Shown here: positions 21,368-31,346 of the stretch, in pieces
How positions within the stretch are numbered: the stretch's first letter is position 1
How the letters are laid out: every line of letters begins with the position of its first letter
From: a virus
Length of the DNA stretch: 64,000 nucleotides
Virus record (IMG/VR): IMGVR_UViG_3300025266_000004
Span: 1-64,000 of that record
Direction: 5' to 3' (one strand)
Translations under genes and position numbers: made by a program
The notes under the pieces: generated by a model
Databases searched by the model: none
What the model was told of the DNA's origin: nothing
Seen by the model: only the letters and a program-made list of their open reading frames with translations

Positions 21368-21661
21368 TTAAGCTTTTTTAAAATGGTGTGAAACAAACGG
21401 TTGTGTAGGGTATTCTTTCAAATATACAACACCACAATTCATATCACTTAAATCGGCATTAACAAACTCTAATACATTATATGTTTTATCTTCTTTTATA
21501 TTGTCGTATAAATCAGAATATAAATTTATTATATTAACTTTGTCTTTAGCTTTAAATTCAGTATTCGGTATTTCTATTGGTTCTCTTCTTTTCAGAGGAG
21601 GATTTTTATATCCTTTAGCAGGTGGTTTTTTAATCTTTAATTTTATTTTTATTTTAGTCAT
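21368..21661 (-). CDS. Hypothetical protein
   Basis: 97 aa with a basic KIKIKLKIK N-terminus. Confidence 0.6.
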   Translation of the reverse strand: MTKIKIKLKIKKPPAKGYKNPPLKRREPIEIPNTEFKAKDKVNIINLYSDLYDNIKEDKTYNVLEFVNADLSDMNCGVVYLKEYPTQPFVSHHFKKA

Positions 21662-22350
21662 AATTTTATTATATTATACTGTAGTCCGACACCAATGTAA
21701 ATCTTAGGTGTAAAATCACTTGTTATACCGTAACTTACATTCGGTCCAATACCAATCTTTTTATCTTTAAGTTTGATTCTATATGTTCTTGTATCTTTTA
21801 CAGAACTATAAGGATTGTAATTAGTCACTTTAGCATATGGTAAACTCTTAAATAAAGAGATTTTCTCTCTACCTATTACTACACTATATTTATTCTTAAC
21901 TTTGAAATTCAATAATGTACTATCTTTAGTAGCTACTATATTATAATCAACCCATTTGTCATTGTATAAAGTTGTATATACAGCGTTAGAGTCTTTGTAA
22001 AATACATTAGTTACAGAAGACTTGTCTATATTAGTTTCACCTTCAAATACTGTAGCAGAACCACCTCTCTTAATTTCCTTCTTAAAATCATTCACTGTGT
22101 TCTGTAATTCTAGTATTAAAGAATCAGTTGTTTTAAATCTTAGAAAGTTATTAATATCAGTAGTCTCTATAGCTTCTCTTTTAGTCACCTCTCTGTTGTA
22201 TTTGTCTCTATACCGTGATATTTCACTATTAACGGCTGATACAACATTCGACATATCATTATATCTACTTGTTTTAACAGACAATAAGATATACAAAAGA
22301 ATACTAACTACAGTACCTAAAATAGCTACATATTTATATATTTTTTCCAT
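21658..22350 (-). CDS. Membrane-anchored protein, possibly spanin-like
   Basis: N-terminal TM helix, coiled-coil region, and C-terminal amphipathic beta-strands (IGIGPNVSYG...YIGVGLQYN). Confidence 0.5.
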   Translation of the reverse strand: MEKIYKYVAILGTVVSILLYILLSVKTSRYNDMSNVVSAVNSEISRYRDKYNREVTKREAIETTDINNFLRFKTTDSLILELQNTVNDFKKEIKRGGSATVFEGETNIDKSSVTNVFYKDSNAVYTTLYNDKWVDYNIVATKDSTLLNFKVKNKYSVVIGREKISLFKSLPYAKVTNYNPYSSVKDTRTYRIKLKDKKIGIGPNVSYGITSDFTPKIYIGVGLQYNIIKL

Positions 22351-22400
22351 AGTGGTTTCGTGGTTTTGTGGTTTTACAAATTGGTTCTTCTACGGTATTA

Positions 22401-24650
22401 TTACTTAGTCCAAGTGTCTTTCACTTCGTAGTCTGCGCCCATCTTAAAATTATGTAAATATCTATTAGAAACTTCACACATTTTATCAGCTATATATTGA
22501 GGGAAGAATTCATACTTCTTTGTGTCCTTAAAATCATATATCAATTCATCATGTACTTGTCCTAACATATTACAATCCCAGTTATTCTTATCAATATCAG
22601 CTTGTATCTCTACCATTGCCTCTTTTAACATATCTGCCTGAGTTCCACTAATAGGAATATTTCGAGCCTGTCCATCGACTGCTATCTTATCCATAAAGTC
22701 TAACTCATAATTATACTTTTTAGCATCCAAAACTTTAGGAAACCAAATCCTAGAATTAGTTCTTCTATTAAGTACTAAGTAACCTTTATCTAAAGCTCTA
22801 TTAACATTATTCTCAACCATTCTAAATGTGTCAGGTATTTCAGATTTAATTGAAGCTATATAAATAGCACCTTCAAATTTAGGTATATTAAGAGTTTTTC
22901 CAGCTTTTTTATCATGACAACCGTAAACACTACCAAAAGTCAAGTTTTTACATGGTTTTCTATGTGATTTATTGTTGACTTTTTTGGATACTTCGAAATT
23001 CTTTGCTTTATCTAACAAATCCTTAATCATATCTCTATTTTCAACAGTCTTTTGTAACTTTCCTGTCTCCCAGTCACTTTTTGCTTTCTTAAATCTATCG
23101 TGATATATCTTTTTCCACCCAGCCATAGCCATATGAGAGTGTATATCTTTACTAGACAACTCAAGTAGACGTGCATCTTGTGCTTTACTAGCCATTACAG
23201 TAATTTCTGCACCACTTAAATCACAAGTTATAACTTTATACCCTTCATCTGTACCAAAACATTCTCTTAAATCTATTTTAGCAGGTACATTTTGATTATT
23301 AAACTTGTCAGGTTCACTTCTACCACCTCCTGAATTAAGTCTACTATTAGCAGTAAAACACTGTCCAAAAGAAGTATGTAATTTACCAGTTATAGGATTA
23401 ATCTTTTCAAGGTAATTCTCACCAAAGTTATTAATCTCTGTTTGAGCACCTTTATAAGTAGACAGTAGACCTAAGAAACCAGCCATAGGAGTATCAAAAT
23501 TGGTAATCAAAAAAGCTTCTAACTCTTTAGAATTAGTAGTAAATTCATCACCTGATATCCTCTTAACTATCTTACCTTTAGTATTAATTGAAGGCACAGC
23601 ATAATTACTTTTTTTAGTAGGTAGTGTTTGACCTAATCTACTAAAGATTTCAACTATTTGTGTAGAACTACCGTAATTGATATTACCAACATTCTGTTTA
23701 GGTTTACTAGCAATACCAGTTAAAGCTTTTAAACTAACAGGTTCACCAAATAGCCCTACATTGACTTGTGAAATAGGTTTATTTCTAACTCTATCAAACT
23801 TACCACCAACCATAAACAACCTCTCATTAGTACCTTTCAGTAAAGTATCTCTTAAAGTTCTTACAGTTTTATCTAGTTCACATTGTGTTTCATATACGAT
23901 TTCTTTGTTCTTATTAATGTTCTCAGTCCACTTCTCTTTATTCAGTATATAACCTCTTAATTCAGCTAATCCTAAAACTCTTGACAAAGGAAACTCAATA
24001 CCATCTAATAAAAAGTGCATATCATGTTTATCAATGAACACCATTTGAGCAAGTCTTAACTTGAATAAAGGAGCAATATCACCAGCAGCATATTCAATCT
24101 GATCATTAGTAAAAGAAAACCTGTCCTTATTACCACCTACAAACTGCATACGAACATCTTTATCCATAGCTTCAGGTTTCTCTCTAAGTCTACGCATTAA
24201 AACATTATCTAATCTAGCACTTAAACCCATATTTTGTACAAGTCTTTGTTCAGCTAACATAGTATCATATATAATCTTGAAGTCTATATTCCAGTGTTGC
24301 TTAGACATCTTATAATCAAACTTAAGATTATGACCAAGAAGACAAACTTCGTCTTTATAATCATCTAATCTATCTGTTACATAAGCTCTTATAAAACTAT
24401 CTGTACAGTCAATTATAAACTGATGTTCTTCATTACCAAGAATAATCAATAAAGGATGACTCTTATAAGCATCTAAACCAGTAGTCTCTAAATCATACCC
24501 TAATAAAGGTTTACCATTGTGTTTGTGTTTTGCATTTATTATTAAATCATCTAAAAAATCATCCAAGATGTTTAAGTCTTTGGATGATTTTAAAGCGATA
24601 ACTTCACTACTTTTTACAGTCTTGTTTTTATCTGAGTAGAAATATATCAT
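22401..24650 (-). CDS. polA: DNA polymerase family A with 3'-5' exonuclease
   Basis: Exonuclease motifs DLETTG, HNLKFD and YAAGD; polymerase motifs DLSGAE, RKPCKNLTFGSVYG and QVHDE. Confidence 0.95.
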   Translation of the reverse strand: MIYFYSDKNKTVKSSEVIALKSSKDLNILDDFLDDLIINAKHKHNGKPLLGYDLETTGLDAYKSHPLLIILGNEEHQFIIDCTDSFIRAYVTDRLDDYKDEVCLLGHNLKFDYKMSKQHWNIDFKIIYDTMLAEQRLVQNMGLSARLDNVLMRRLREKPEAMDKDVRMQFVGGNKDRFSFTNDQIEYAAGDIAPLFKLRLAQMVFIDKHDMHFLLDGIEFPLSRVLGLAELRGYILNKEKWTENINKNKEIVYETQCELDKTVRTLRDTLLKGTNERLFMVGGKFDRVRNKPISQVNVGLFGEPVSLKALTGIASKPKQNVGNINYGSSTQIVEIFSRLGQTLPTKKSNYAVPSINTKGKIVKRISGDEFTTNSKELEAFLITNFDTPMAGFLGLLSTYKGAQTEINNFGENYLEKINPITGKLHTSFGQCFTANSRLNSGGGRSEPDKFNNQNVPAKIDLRECFGTDEGYKVITCDLSGAEITVMASKAQDARLLELSSKDIHSHMAMAGWKKIYHDRFKKAKSDWETGKLQKTVENRDMIKDLLDKAKNFEVSKKVNNKSHRKPCKNLTFGSVYGCHDKKAGKTLNIPKFEGAIYIASIKSEIPDTFRMVENNVNRALDKGYLVLNRRTNSRIWFPKVLDAKKYNYELDFMDKIAVDGQARNIPISGTQADMLKEAMVEIQADIDKNNWDCNMLGQVHDELIYDFKDTKKYEFFPQYIADKMCEVSNRYLHNFKMGADYEVKDTWTK

Positions 24651-25159
24651 TTTACATTTTTTAAATTAATAGAGTCTTTAGCAAAAATTACATAATTACT
24701 CCAATGTTTAATTATTTTTGTATCTTTTGGTAAATCATAAGATAATTGTATAAATAAAGCATCTTCTAAAGCACCTTCATAAGAGTCCCATACTCCACCT
24801 AAATTAGGACCACAATGAACACTCCATCCTAAATTAGTGCCACCATCATGCTTACACATAGCCCAATAATAACCACTTGCGTTTCTATGTATCTCAATGT
24901 GTACACCTCTAGTCTCTCTAATGTATCTTTGTAAAAGTGATTGTGTAGGAGCTGTATAATAATTACTACATAAATGTTTATAATTGTGATTTTCAAACAA
25001 ATCTTCTAAATCTACTCTAAAATCTACATCTGTACTACTACCGTTTTCTAAGTAAGGTTCAAGTAATTTTCCATCTTTATAGTAATGTAAACATTCTATT
25101 TCAAACCCTTTTTCTTTAGCTAATTTAGCTGTCTTGAAACTAATTAATTCATCTTTCAT
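24647..25159 (-). CDS. Hypothetical phage protein
   Basis: 170 aa with AKLAKEKGF and APTQSLLQRYIRE segments. Confidence 0.7.
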   Translation of the reverse strand: MKDELISFKTAKLAKEKGFEIECLHYYKDGKLLEPYLENGSSTDVDFRVDLEDLFENHNYKHLCSNYYTAPTQSLLQRYIRETRGVHIEIHRNASGYYWAMCKHDGGTNLGWSVHCGPNLGGVWDSYEGALEDALFIQLSYDLPKDTKIIKHWSNYVIFAKDSINLKNVK

Positions 25160-25524
25160 TTTGTCTGTTTTAGTTTATCAATATATAAAGGATCTTCCGC
25201 ATACCCGCGGTCAACTAAAAATGTATAGTAATCACCACCTTTAAAGTGTCTCTTTTGCCATCTTGAATAATAGTCTACACTATCTTTCCAGTTATCAAAC
25301 TTAATATACTGTTTCTTATAGTAGAATCCGAAAATATTATTAACGTCTCTACTACAATTTACACACTTTAAATGACCTGTCTCTAATAGTATCTGCTTTA
25401 GTACTATATCCTTATGTTCAATTGTCGTACTATTCAAGTATTTTTCTACACTATCGCGGTTTTGCGAATAGCCTGTAATAGAAAGAATTGTGGTTGTCGA
25501 CATTAATAATATTATCTTTTTCAT
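25156..25524 (-). CDS. GH73 glucosaminidase-like peptidoglycan hydrolase with signal peptide
   Basis: LETG, NNIFG and YAEDPLY motifs; N-terminal signal-like segment ending GYS-Q. Confidence 0.8.
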   Translation of the reverse strand: MKKIILLMSTTTILSITGYSQNRDSVEKYLNSTTIEHKDIVLKQILLETGHLKCVNCSRDVNNIFGFYYKKQYIKFDNWKDSVDYYSRWQKRHFKGGDYYTFLVDRGYAEDPLYIDKLKQTK

Positions 25525-25528
25525 ATTG

Positions 25529-25762
25529 TTATTTGTTATTTTTATAGAATATTGTATTAGTATTAGTAACTTCTATTTCTAATCCTTCTATAAAGAACCA
25601 ATTATCTTTTGTTCTTACTATTTTAGTTACTCCTTTTTTACCAACTTCATAATCATCATACCAATCTTGGTAACCATCTTGTAGATTACCATTTTGATGC
25701 CAATTTGTTATTAATCTGATAATTTCTTTATTCTCTATAATTTCTTCATAATCTTCATCCAT
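25529..25762 (-). CDS. Hypothetical protein
   Basis: 77-aa ORF, tightly packed. Confidence 0.6.
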   Translation of the reverse strand: MDEDYEEIIENKEIIRLITNWHQNGNLQDGYQDWYDDYEVGKKGVTKIVRTKDNWFFIEGLEIEVTNTNTIFYKNNK

Positions 25763-25764
25763 AA

Positions 25765-25992
25765 TTATACCATTTCAAATTTATACACTTTTCTTTCTCC
25801 TGCAATAGCTTGTGCAAGTTGTTTACAATTAGCATGACTAGGGTTAAATTGACTACTTGGTGTAACTACTTGTTTCTCTTTACAATCACCTTGAATATCT
25901 AATTCTCCTAAATAGATAACTAACTTAGTACCACCACTAGTCTTAGTTTTAACTTCATTCTCACTTGTTACTCCTTTTATTGTTTCTAACAT
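25765..25992 (-). CDS. Hypothetical protein
   Basis: 75-aa ORF, tightly packed. Confidence 0.6.
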   Translation of the reverse strand: MLETIKGVTSENEVKTKTSGGTKLVIYLGELDIQGDCKEKQVVTPSSQFNPSHANCKQLAQAIAGERKVYKFEMV

Positions 25993-26006
25993 TTTATTTG
26001 TTTTTA

Positions 26007-27422
26007 TTATATAAATATATTTGCTTGTTTACTTGCTCTCGATAGAGCTACATACCATAATCTTAATCTGTCGTCTCTCTTTTTACATTTATTTAAGTTT
26101 TTACCATTAATAACTACATTTTTAAATGTACTTCCTTGAGTTTTATGTACAGTACAACAGTATCCATAATCTAAGTCCTTTTTAACTACTAGAATACCAT
26201 CTTTTGTAATATCCGACATCACTAAATTGTCGTTCTTAAACTCGTAGTACTGTTTCCATGCTCTACTATTCTGTTTAGCTTCATTCAATTTCTCTATATG
26301 AAGCTCTGTAAATAGCTTATGTCCTCCAGGTGCTACAATAAATATCTGTATATCCTTTCCTTTAGCTGGAATTAGAACAAGTTGATAACCTTTAATACCA
26401 TACTTATTGATTTTAGGTGCATAAGTCTTAATAGTATACTCTTCACTGTTGATTAAAGATAAATTTCCACTCTTATTTATGATACCTTTATAAGCCATTA
26501 GTAAATCATCATGTGTAACAATCAGTTTAGGATTAGTGAATATAATATTCCTAATGAAATCATTCCAATCGTTAACATTCTTATTTGTCCATCCTATATA
26601 CTTAACAAACTCCTTATCATCATCATAAGCAGGTGAATCTCTAAATAAATCAGTTATTGTACCTTCTAATTTTTTCTTATCATTAGTAATAATGTAACCT
26701 TCACCTTTATTATTAATATCTTCATTAGGTTTTGATAAATCTATAATAGACTTATTAGTACCATTAATAATATCATTCCTAACTTTAGCTATCAACTCAA
26801 GTAGAGGGTTGCCTTTCTCTTGCCTAACAATCTCTGTCAGTACTTCAAGATTCTTTACTTTAGTAAAAGTAGAACTCATACTCTCATTAATAGGAGGTAG
26901 TTGGTAAGGATCACCTACATATAGTATTTTAACATTCCAAAACTGTGCCCTTGTCCTTGTCAATCTATCAAGTTCATAGTTTACCATTGAACATTCATCA
27001 ATAATAATCAATTTATAATCTTGAATAAGCTCCTCAGCAAGTTGTGCAAAAACAGGCATATTAATATTATACTTGTCTAGCTCAACATTAGGTCTTAAAC
27101 CTAGTAAGGATTGTAATGTTCTACCAGCTGTCTTAGTCTTTACAGATATTACTTTCTTAGCTTTGTGAGTAGGTGCTGTAACACATATATTACCTTTATT
27201 GTAGTACTTATACTTCTTAATAACTTCTTGTATATATGAATCTACTAAGGTTGTTTTACCTGTACCTGCAAAACCTTGTAAAGTAAATACTACACTAGTA
27301 TTATCTTTGTCAGACCATTCAATCATCTTTTTAAGTACATCTTGTTGTGATGTTGTTAATGGTATTCCGTCTCTTGTTATGTATGTCTCTACTTCATTGT
27401 TAATTGTGTCTTTAATTTTCAT
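26007..27422 (-). CDS. SF1B Dda/RecD2-like helicase
   Basis: GFAGTGKTT, IIDECSM, GDPYQLPP, TVHKTQGSTF and YVALSRA motifs. Confidence 0.92.
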   Translation of the reverse strand: MKIKDTINNEVETYITRDGIPLTTSQQDVLKKMIEWSDKDNTSVVFTLQGFAGTGKTTLVDSYIQEVIKKYKYYNKGNICVTAPTHKAKKVISVKTKTAGRTLQSLLGLRPNVELDKYNINMPVFAQLAEELIQDYKLIIIDECSMVNYELDRLTRTRAQFWNVKILYVGDPYQLPPINESMSSTFTKVKNLEVLTEIVRQEKGNPLLELIAKVRNDIINGTNKSIIDLSKPNEDINNKGEGYIITNDKKKLEGTITDLFRDSPAYDDDKEFVKYIGWTNKNVNDWNDFIRNIIFTNPKLIVTHDDLLMAYKGIINKSGNLSLINSEEYTIKTYAPKINKYGIKGYQLVLIPAKGKDIQIFIVAPGGHKLFTELHIEKLNEAKQNSRAWKQYYEFKNDNLVMSDITKDGILVVKKDLDYGYCCTVHKTQGSTFKNVVINGKNLNKCKKRDDRLRLWYVALSRASKQANIFI

Positions 27423-28035
27423 TTTTGTATGTTATTGGTAATATGTATTTACCTGTTTTATTATAGTGTAATATAGCTATAGCAGTAAGACAAGTTAAAT
27501 AACTGTGACGTTCTAGTGGTTCGATATAAAATAACTTTAGTATTAAATCAGATATTCCATCTTTTCCTTTATAATAAAACAAATTATCAAAGTCTTTACC
27601 CTTTATAATGTTTATTGTATTAGTTATAATAGGTAAAGTTTTATATATAGTACCGTCAATCTTTTCACAATGTATTCTATTTGTTCTATATGTGACTCTT
27701 CTCTCTACATCTTCAGGTGTCTTACAATAAAACATATTAATCTCTTTTATCTTATTAATAGTCAATGTAAAGTTGTGTGGACTCTCTCTTGTTACTTCGT
27801 TATATATATAAACATCTAATATACCTGCTACTGTCTTACTAGGAACATCAAAAAATTCAGATAGTTTAATAATATACTCTTTTTTGTCCATTTCTATAGA
27901 CTGTAGACCCTCTGCATCCTTGATAGACTCTAAGAATGAGTCGTAACTACTAGAATAGTACTCTAAATCGTTTCTCTCTCTTTTCATGAATAATATAGTG
28001 TTTTTGGTGTTTGAGGTTCTTAAATTCGTGTACAA
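27412..28035 (-). CDS. Hypothetical protein (true start probably at MKRERN)
   Basis: ORF in operon context. Confidence 0.6.
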   Translation of the reverse strand: MYTNLRTSNTKNTILFMKRERNDLEYYSSSYDSFLESIKDAEGLQSIEMDKKEYIIKLSEFFDVPSKTVAGILDVYIYNEVTRESPHNFTLTINKIKEINMFYCKTPEDVERRVTYRTNRIHCEKIDGTIYKTLPIITNTINIIKGKDFDNLFYYKGKDGISDLILKLFYIEPLERHSYLTCLTAIAILHYNKTGKYILPITYKNEN

Positions 28036-28076
28036 TCGTTCAAAAGATTTTGAATATTGAAACCTCAGCGACTTAA

Positions 28077-28427
28077 TTATTTGATTATATCTAGTATTTT
28101 AGTACTATCTACGTTATACATAATATAGTGTTTTTTAGTACCTTTATCACATACAAAGAACCTATAACCTGATTTTGATTTAATATCAACACTTACATTA
28201 GTCTTTGTACACTTAATTATAATAGAATTATCAACAAAGTTTTGAAAGTCTGTATCACAAGTCTGTACATAGTCCTTAATAATAGTCTTATTAAAGTCTG
28301 ATATAGTTATGTCTTCATCTGTTGTAATAATGTAATTATCAATATACTCTTTAGGTTTTTTGACTACTACCTTTCTTTCCTTTTTAGGTTTTTTGGTAGT
28401 AGTCAACATCTCTTTTATTTTAAACAT
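28077..28427 (-). CDS. Hypothetical protein with N-terminal MFKIK motif
   Basis: 116 aa, starting MFKIKEMLTTTKKPK. Confidence 0.65.
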   Translation of the reverse strand: MFKIKEMLTTTKKPKKERKVVVKKPKEYIDNYIITTDEDITISDFNKTIIKDYVQTCDTDFQNFVDNSIIIKCTKTNVSVDIKSKSGYRFFVCDKGTKKHYIMYNVDSTKILDIIK

Positions 28428-28434
28428 AAATTTA

Positions 28435-28803
28435 TTAATTTGTTATAGTTGTTATTACTGAGTTTTTTATTACAATAGTATAACCATCAATACTAATTTT
28501 ACCATTACCATTCAGAATACCAATTTGATTTTCTACCTCTTTAGTTAATATTTGTTTTTGAACACTCTCAATATCTAATTTTCCAACTCTTTCTAAATAT
28601 CTTAATATAGCGTGTTCTGAAACTATTATTCCTTTGTCATTAACTAACTTAGTTTTTTCTTTTTCTCTAGCTTTAATTTCAGTGTTACAAATAGTCAATC
28701 TACGTTGTTCGTCTTTTATATTTGTTCTTAGTCTGTCTCTATGCTCATATGATATTCTTAAAGCAGTATTTATAGTCTTTAGTTTATTTCTATCTATTGA
28801 CAT
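28435..28803 (-). CDS. Hypothetical phage protein
   Basis: Coiled-coil region followed by VSEHAILRYLER. Confidence 0.7.
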   Translation of the reverse strand: MSIDRNKLKTINTALRISYEHRDRLRTNIKDEQRRLTICNTEIKAREKEKTKLVNDKGIIVSEHAILRYLERVGKLDIESVQKQILTKEVENQIGILNGNGKISIDGYTIVIKNSVITTITN

Positions 28804-29135
28804 ACTATTGACCCTCCTATCTCCATATTAAATACCTTACTATCGTCATTTCTAACAGGTTTATATTGACTAACATAAGTACCACCATTAGACTTATAAT
28901 TAATGTAAAAACCTTTAATGTTATCGTATGTAGATTTAATCTTTATTGTCTTTGATTGTTGAGGTGATAAAGTAAATGTGAAATAATCACTTGATATAGT
29001 ATAATCAGTAGTACATTTGTTACTAATGTTTACAGTATATTCAATCTCTGTTACTTGTATCTGTCTCAATGGTTCAGTTTCTTTATTACAGGCTATTACT
29101 CCCAATAGCATTGCAAACATTATTAATTTTTTCAT
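28794..29135 (-). CDS. Lipoprotein
   Basis: Signal peptide with a lipobox-like end, MKKLIMFAMLLGVIA-C. Confidence 0.7.
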   Translation of the reverse strand: MKKLIMFAMLLGVIACNKETEPLRQIQVTEIEYTVNISNKCTTDYTISSDYFTFTLSPQQSKTIKIKSTYDNIKGFYINYKSNGGTYVSQYKPVRNDDSKVFNMEIGGSIVCQ

Positions 29136-29143
29136 TTGTTTAT

Positions 29144-29635
29144 TTATTTTAAGATTTCTTTTGCTCTTGTTACTGTGTTATACGTTATACCACAATAAGT
29201 GTCTATTTTAATAAAATTACTAGATTGTTCTAATAACATATCTGAATCATCGTCTAGTATAACATAAGATTCGATAGTTTCTTTAGTTTTTTTTAACCAT
29301 GTTTGGATCTCGAACCCTCTAGGTAAACTTCCACCGATTCCTGCAGGTGGGTATATCTTTGGTGTTTTATCTATTAATTCACCAGTTATTCCAACACCTT
29401 TCAACAATTCTTTTAAATCATTAACAGGAACACCTTGTCTCCATGTCGATGATAAGACTATTTTAGCGTTAGTTTCATCTGTTAATCTATTCACTAAAGC
29501 AACACATCTAGGATCAAACCATCTTCTTTTTTCGTGGTCTACTATACCACCACATAATTCTTTATATTCTTTCCAACCTTTAAACCAAATTTCATGATTT
29601 AATACTCCATCTATATCTAAAAATATTACCTTCAT
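29144..29635 (-). CDS. HAD-family phosphatase (Swiss-Army-Knife RNA-repair-like type)
   Basis: FLDIDGVL, IVLSSTWR and YVILDD motifs. Confidence 0.85.
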   Translation of the reverse strand: MKVIFLDIDGVLNHEIWFKGWKEYKELCGGIVDHEKRRWFDPRCVALVNRLTDETNAKIVLSSTWRQGVPVNDLKELLKGVGITGELIDKTPKIYPPAGIGGSLPRGFEIQTWLKKTKETIESYVILDDDSDMLLEQSSNFIKIDTYCGITYNTVTRAKEILK

Positions 29636-29734
29636 TGTCTTGTTTTATAAAACCACCCGTTTAACCTGCTCCCTACACTATCTATTCCTAGGTGTATATC
29701 CGTGCAAAGGGTTTGGTGGTTTATGTGTTAATTA

Positions 29735-29872
29735 TTAATATAAGCCTATACCTTTTATAACCATTAGTCCGTTAATAAAATCGTATAATTTTACTTGTCT
29801 TTTGGTCTTATCAAATTCACATCTTTTCCACGATGCTTTTATTATTGTATTTTCTAATTTAAAATATATCAT
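29735..29872 (-). CDS. Small hypothetical protein (45 aa, not in ORF track)
   Basis: MIYFKLENTIIKASWKRC..., with an ATGA overlap onto the upstream gene. Confidence 0.5.
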   Translation of the reverse strand: MIYFKLENTIIKASWKRCEFDKTKRQVKLYDFINGLMVIKGIGLY

Positions 29873-30186
29873 ACTTCTACTAATTCTCTATGAAATAATT
29901 CTTCTAATTCGTTCTCTCCTAAATCATTAAATTCAGCACAATCTTTAGCTAACTCTAACAACTTTAAAAAGTTATCATGTGTAAACGAAAATCGTGCTAA
30001 GTTGTAACAGTTATAAGGTTCTAAATCATCTAATGAAATTTCTGATATTGTACAACCTAAAATACCTGCTTGGTTAACCATGTTATAAATGAATGTAATA
30101 TGGTATATTTCACCCTCTACTACCCATTTATGTTGAGGTATCTCTTTAGGTTTATTTTTACTGTTATTACATCTACATTCTATCAT
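29869..30186 (-). CDS. Hypothetical phage protein
   Basis: 105-aa ORF. Confidence 0.65.
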   Translation of the reverse strand: MIECRCNNSKNKPKEIPQHKWVVEGEIYHITFIYNMVNQAGILGCTISEISLDDLEPYNCYNLARFSFTHDNFLKLLELAKDCAEFNDLGENELEELFHRELVEV

Positions 30187-30605
30187 CCTTTGTTTTTTAG
30201 TTTATTGTACTCTTTCTTTAACTTCTCTAACTTCTCATAATAATCTCTATCAATGAGCATACAATTCTCATCTTTAATCTGCTTTAATACATGGTGTAAA
30301 TTACCAATCCTATGAGTATCTAATGTAGACAATTCTTTCGCTACGTCCTCAATTGATTGAATAACAGTGTTAGCAGTCTTATCATCTCTATTGTAAATCT
30401 CTTTGATGTCCCTGTCTACATTATGCTTACTCTCAACTTTTAAAACATGAGCAGCGTTCTTACTTCTCCCATTAAATACACTAGTACCTCTAAGCTCTAC
30501 TTGCATCTCAAATATAATATGTGATGCAAGTACCATTTTTATATAGTTGTATCTTAGTTCGTTCCCTTTTTCACTCATCCTATAAAGATTTCCATAAGTA
30601 TACAA
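30183..30605 (-). CDS. Hypothetical protein
   Basis: ORF in operon context; the start may be at the internal MSEKG. Confidence 0.6.
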   Translation of the reverse strand: MYTYGNLYRMSEKGNELRYNYIKMVLASHIIFEMQVELRGTSVFNGRSKNAAHVLKVESKHNVDRDIKEIYNRDDKTANTVIQSIEDVAKELSTLDTHRIGNLHHVLKQIKDENCMLIDRDYYEKLEKLKKEYNKLKNKG

Positions 30606-30840
30606 CTACACAAATACAAATCACTATTAAAATAGTAACTACAGTGAATGGTTTCTTCATAGGTACTTGTTCGTACATTTCTATTGGTTTATGTAGTTGT
30701 ATAGTCGTATTAGACCATTTACTTCTTACCATTATGCAGTCATCAGTAATACTCTCTAATACTACAGGTGTCTTACCTACTTTGTTACCGTACACATCTC
30801 TTACTCGAGCTGGTATTGTAAATTCTTCTCCTATTTCCAT
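30580..30840 (-). CDS. Small protein with C-terminal TM helix
   Basis: Hydrophobic stretch VVTILIVICICVVVYLW. Confidence 0.6.
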   Translation of the reverse strand: MEIGEEFTIPARVRDVYGNKVGKTPVVLESITDDCIMVRSKWSNTTIQLHKPIEMYEQVPMKKPFTVVTILIVICICVVVYLWKSL

Positions 30841-30842
30841 AT

Positions 30843-31262
30843 CTATATTATTTTACTGTTAATAATTGTATAACTAAAATATAAATAACAAGTGTCTTCT
30901 TTGTCACCGTTACTATGTACTTTAATCTTACCTTCTTGTGCTATTTGCGTAAACTCCTCAATCTTTATAAAAGTGAAAGGTTTGTCTACTTTTTTACTTA
31001 GTTTTGATTCTAGTAATTGACTAACATTAGAACTGTTTAAATCAATATCTAAAATCTCTACATGAATTTGCCAATTGTTGGCTTTATATAGTTTTTCTCT
31101 TAGTGTTTTATTTCTATCAGAATACCCTCTTAAGTGGTACTTTAAATTACCCATTTCATCGACTCTTCTTTTAGTGTTCTCATCAAACTTTTCTTGTAAT
31201 TTCTTTTGTCTTAATGCACTTGTCTTTATACTTACAAGTCCCATTGCTGTTAGTATTCCCAT
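30843..31262 (-). CDS. Hypothetical protein
   Basis: 139-aa ORF. Confidence 0.6.
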   Translation of the reverse strand: MGILTAMGLVSIKTSALRQKKLQEKFDENTKRRVDEMGNLKYHLRGYSDRNKTLREKLYKANNWQIHVEILDIDLNSSNVSQLLESKLSKKVDKPFTFIKIEEFTQIAQEGKIKVHSNGDKEDTCYLYFSYTIINSKII

Positions 31263-31346
31263 AATGTCTTTCTTTTTAGTTTAAAATGTGTAATTCATTG
31301 ATTTTCTGCAAGTTACAACTAAATTATAATATATCCTAATACTATT

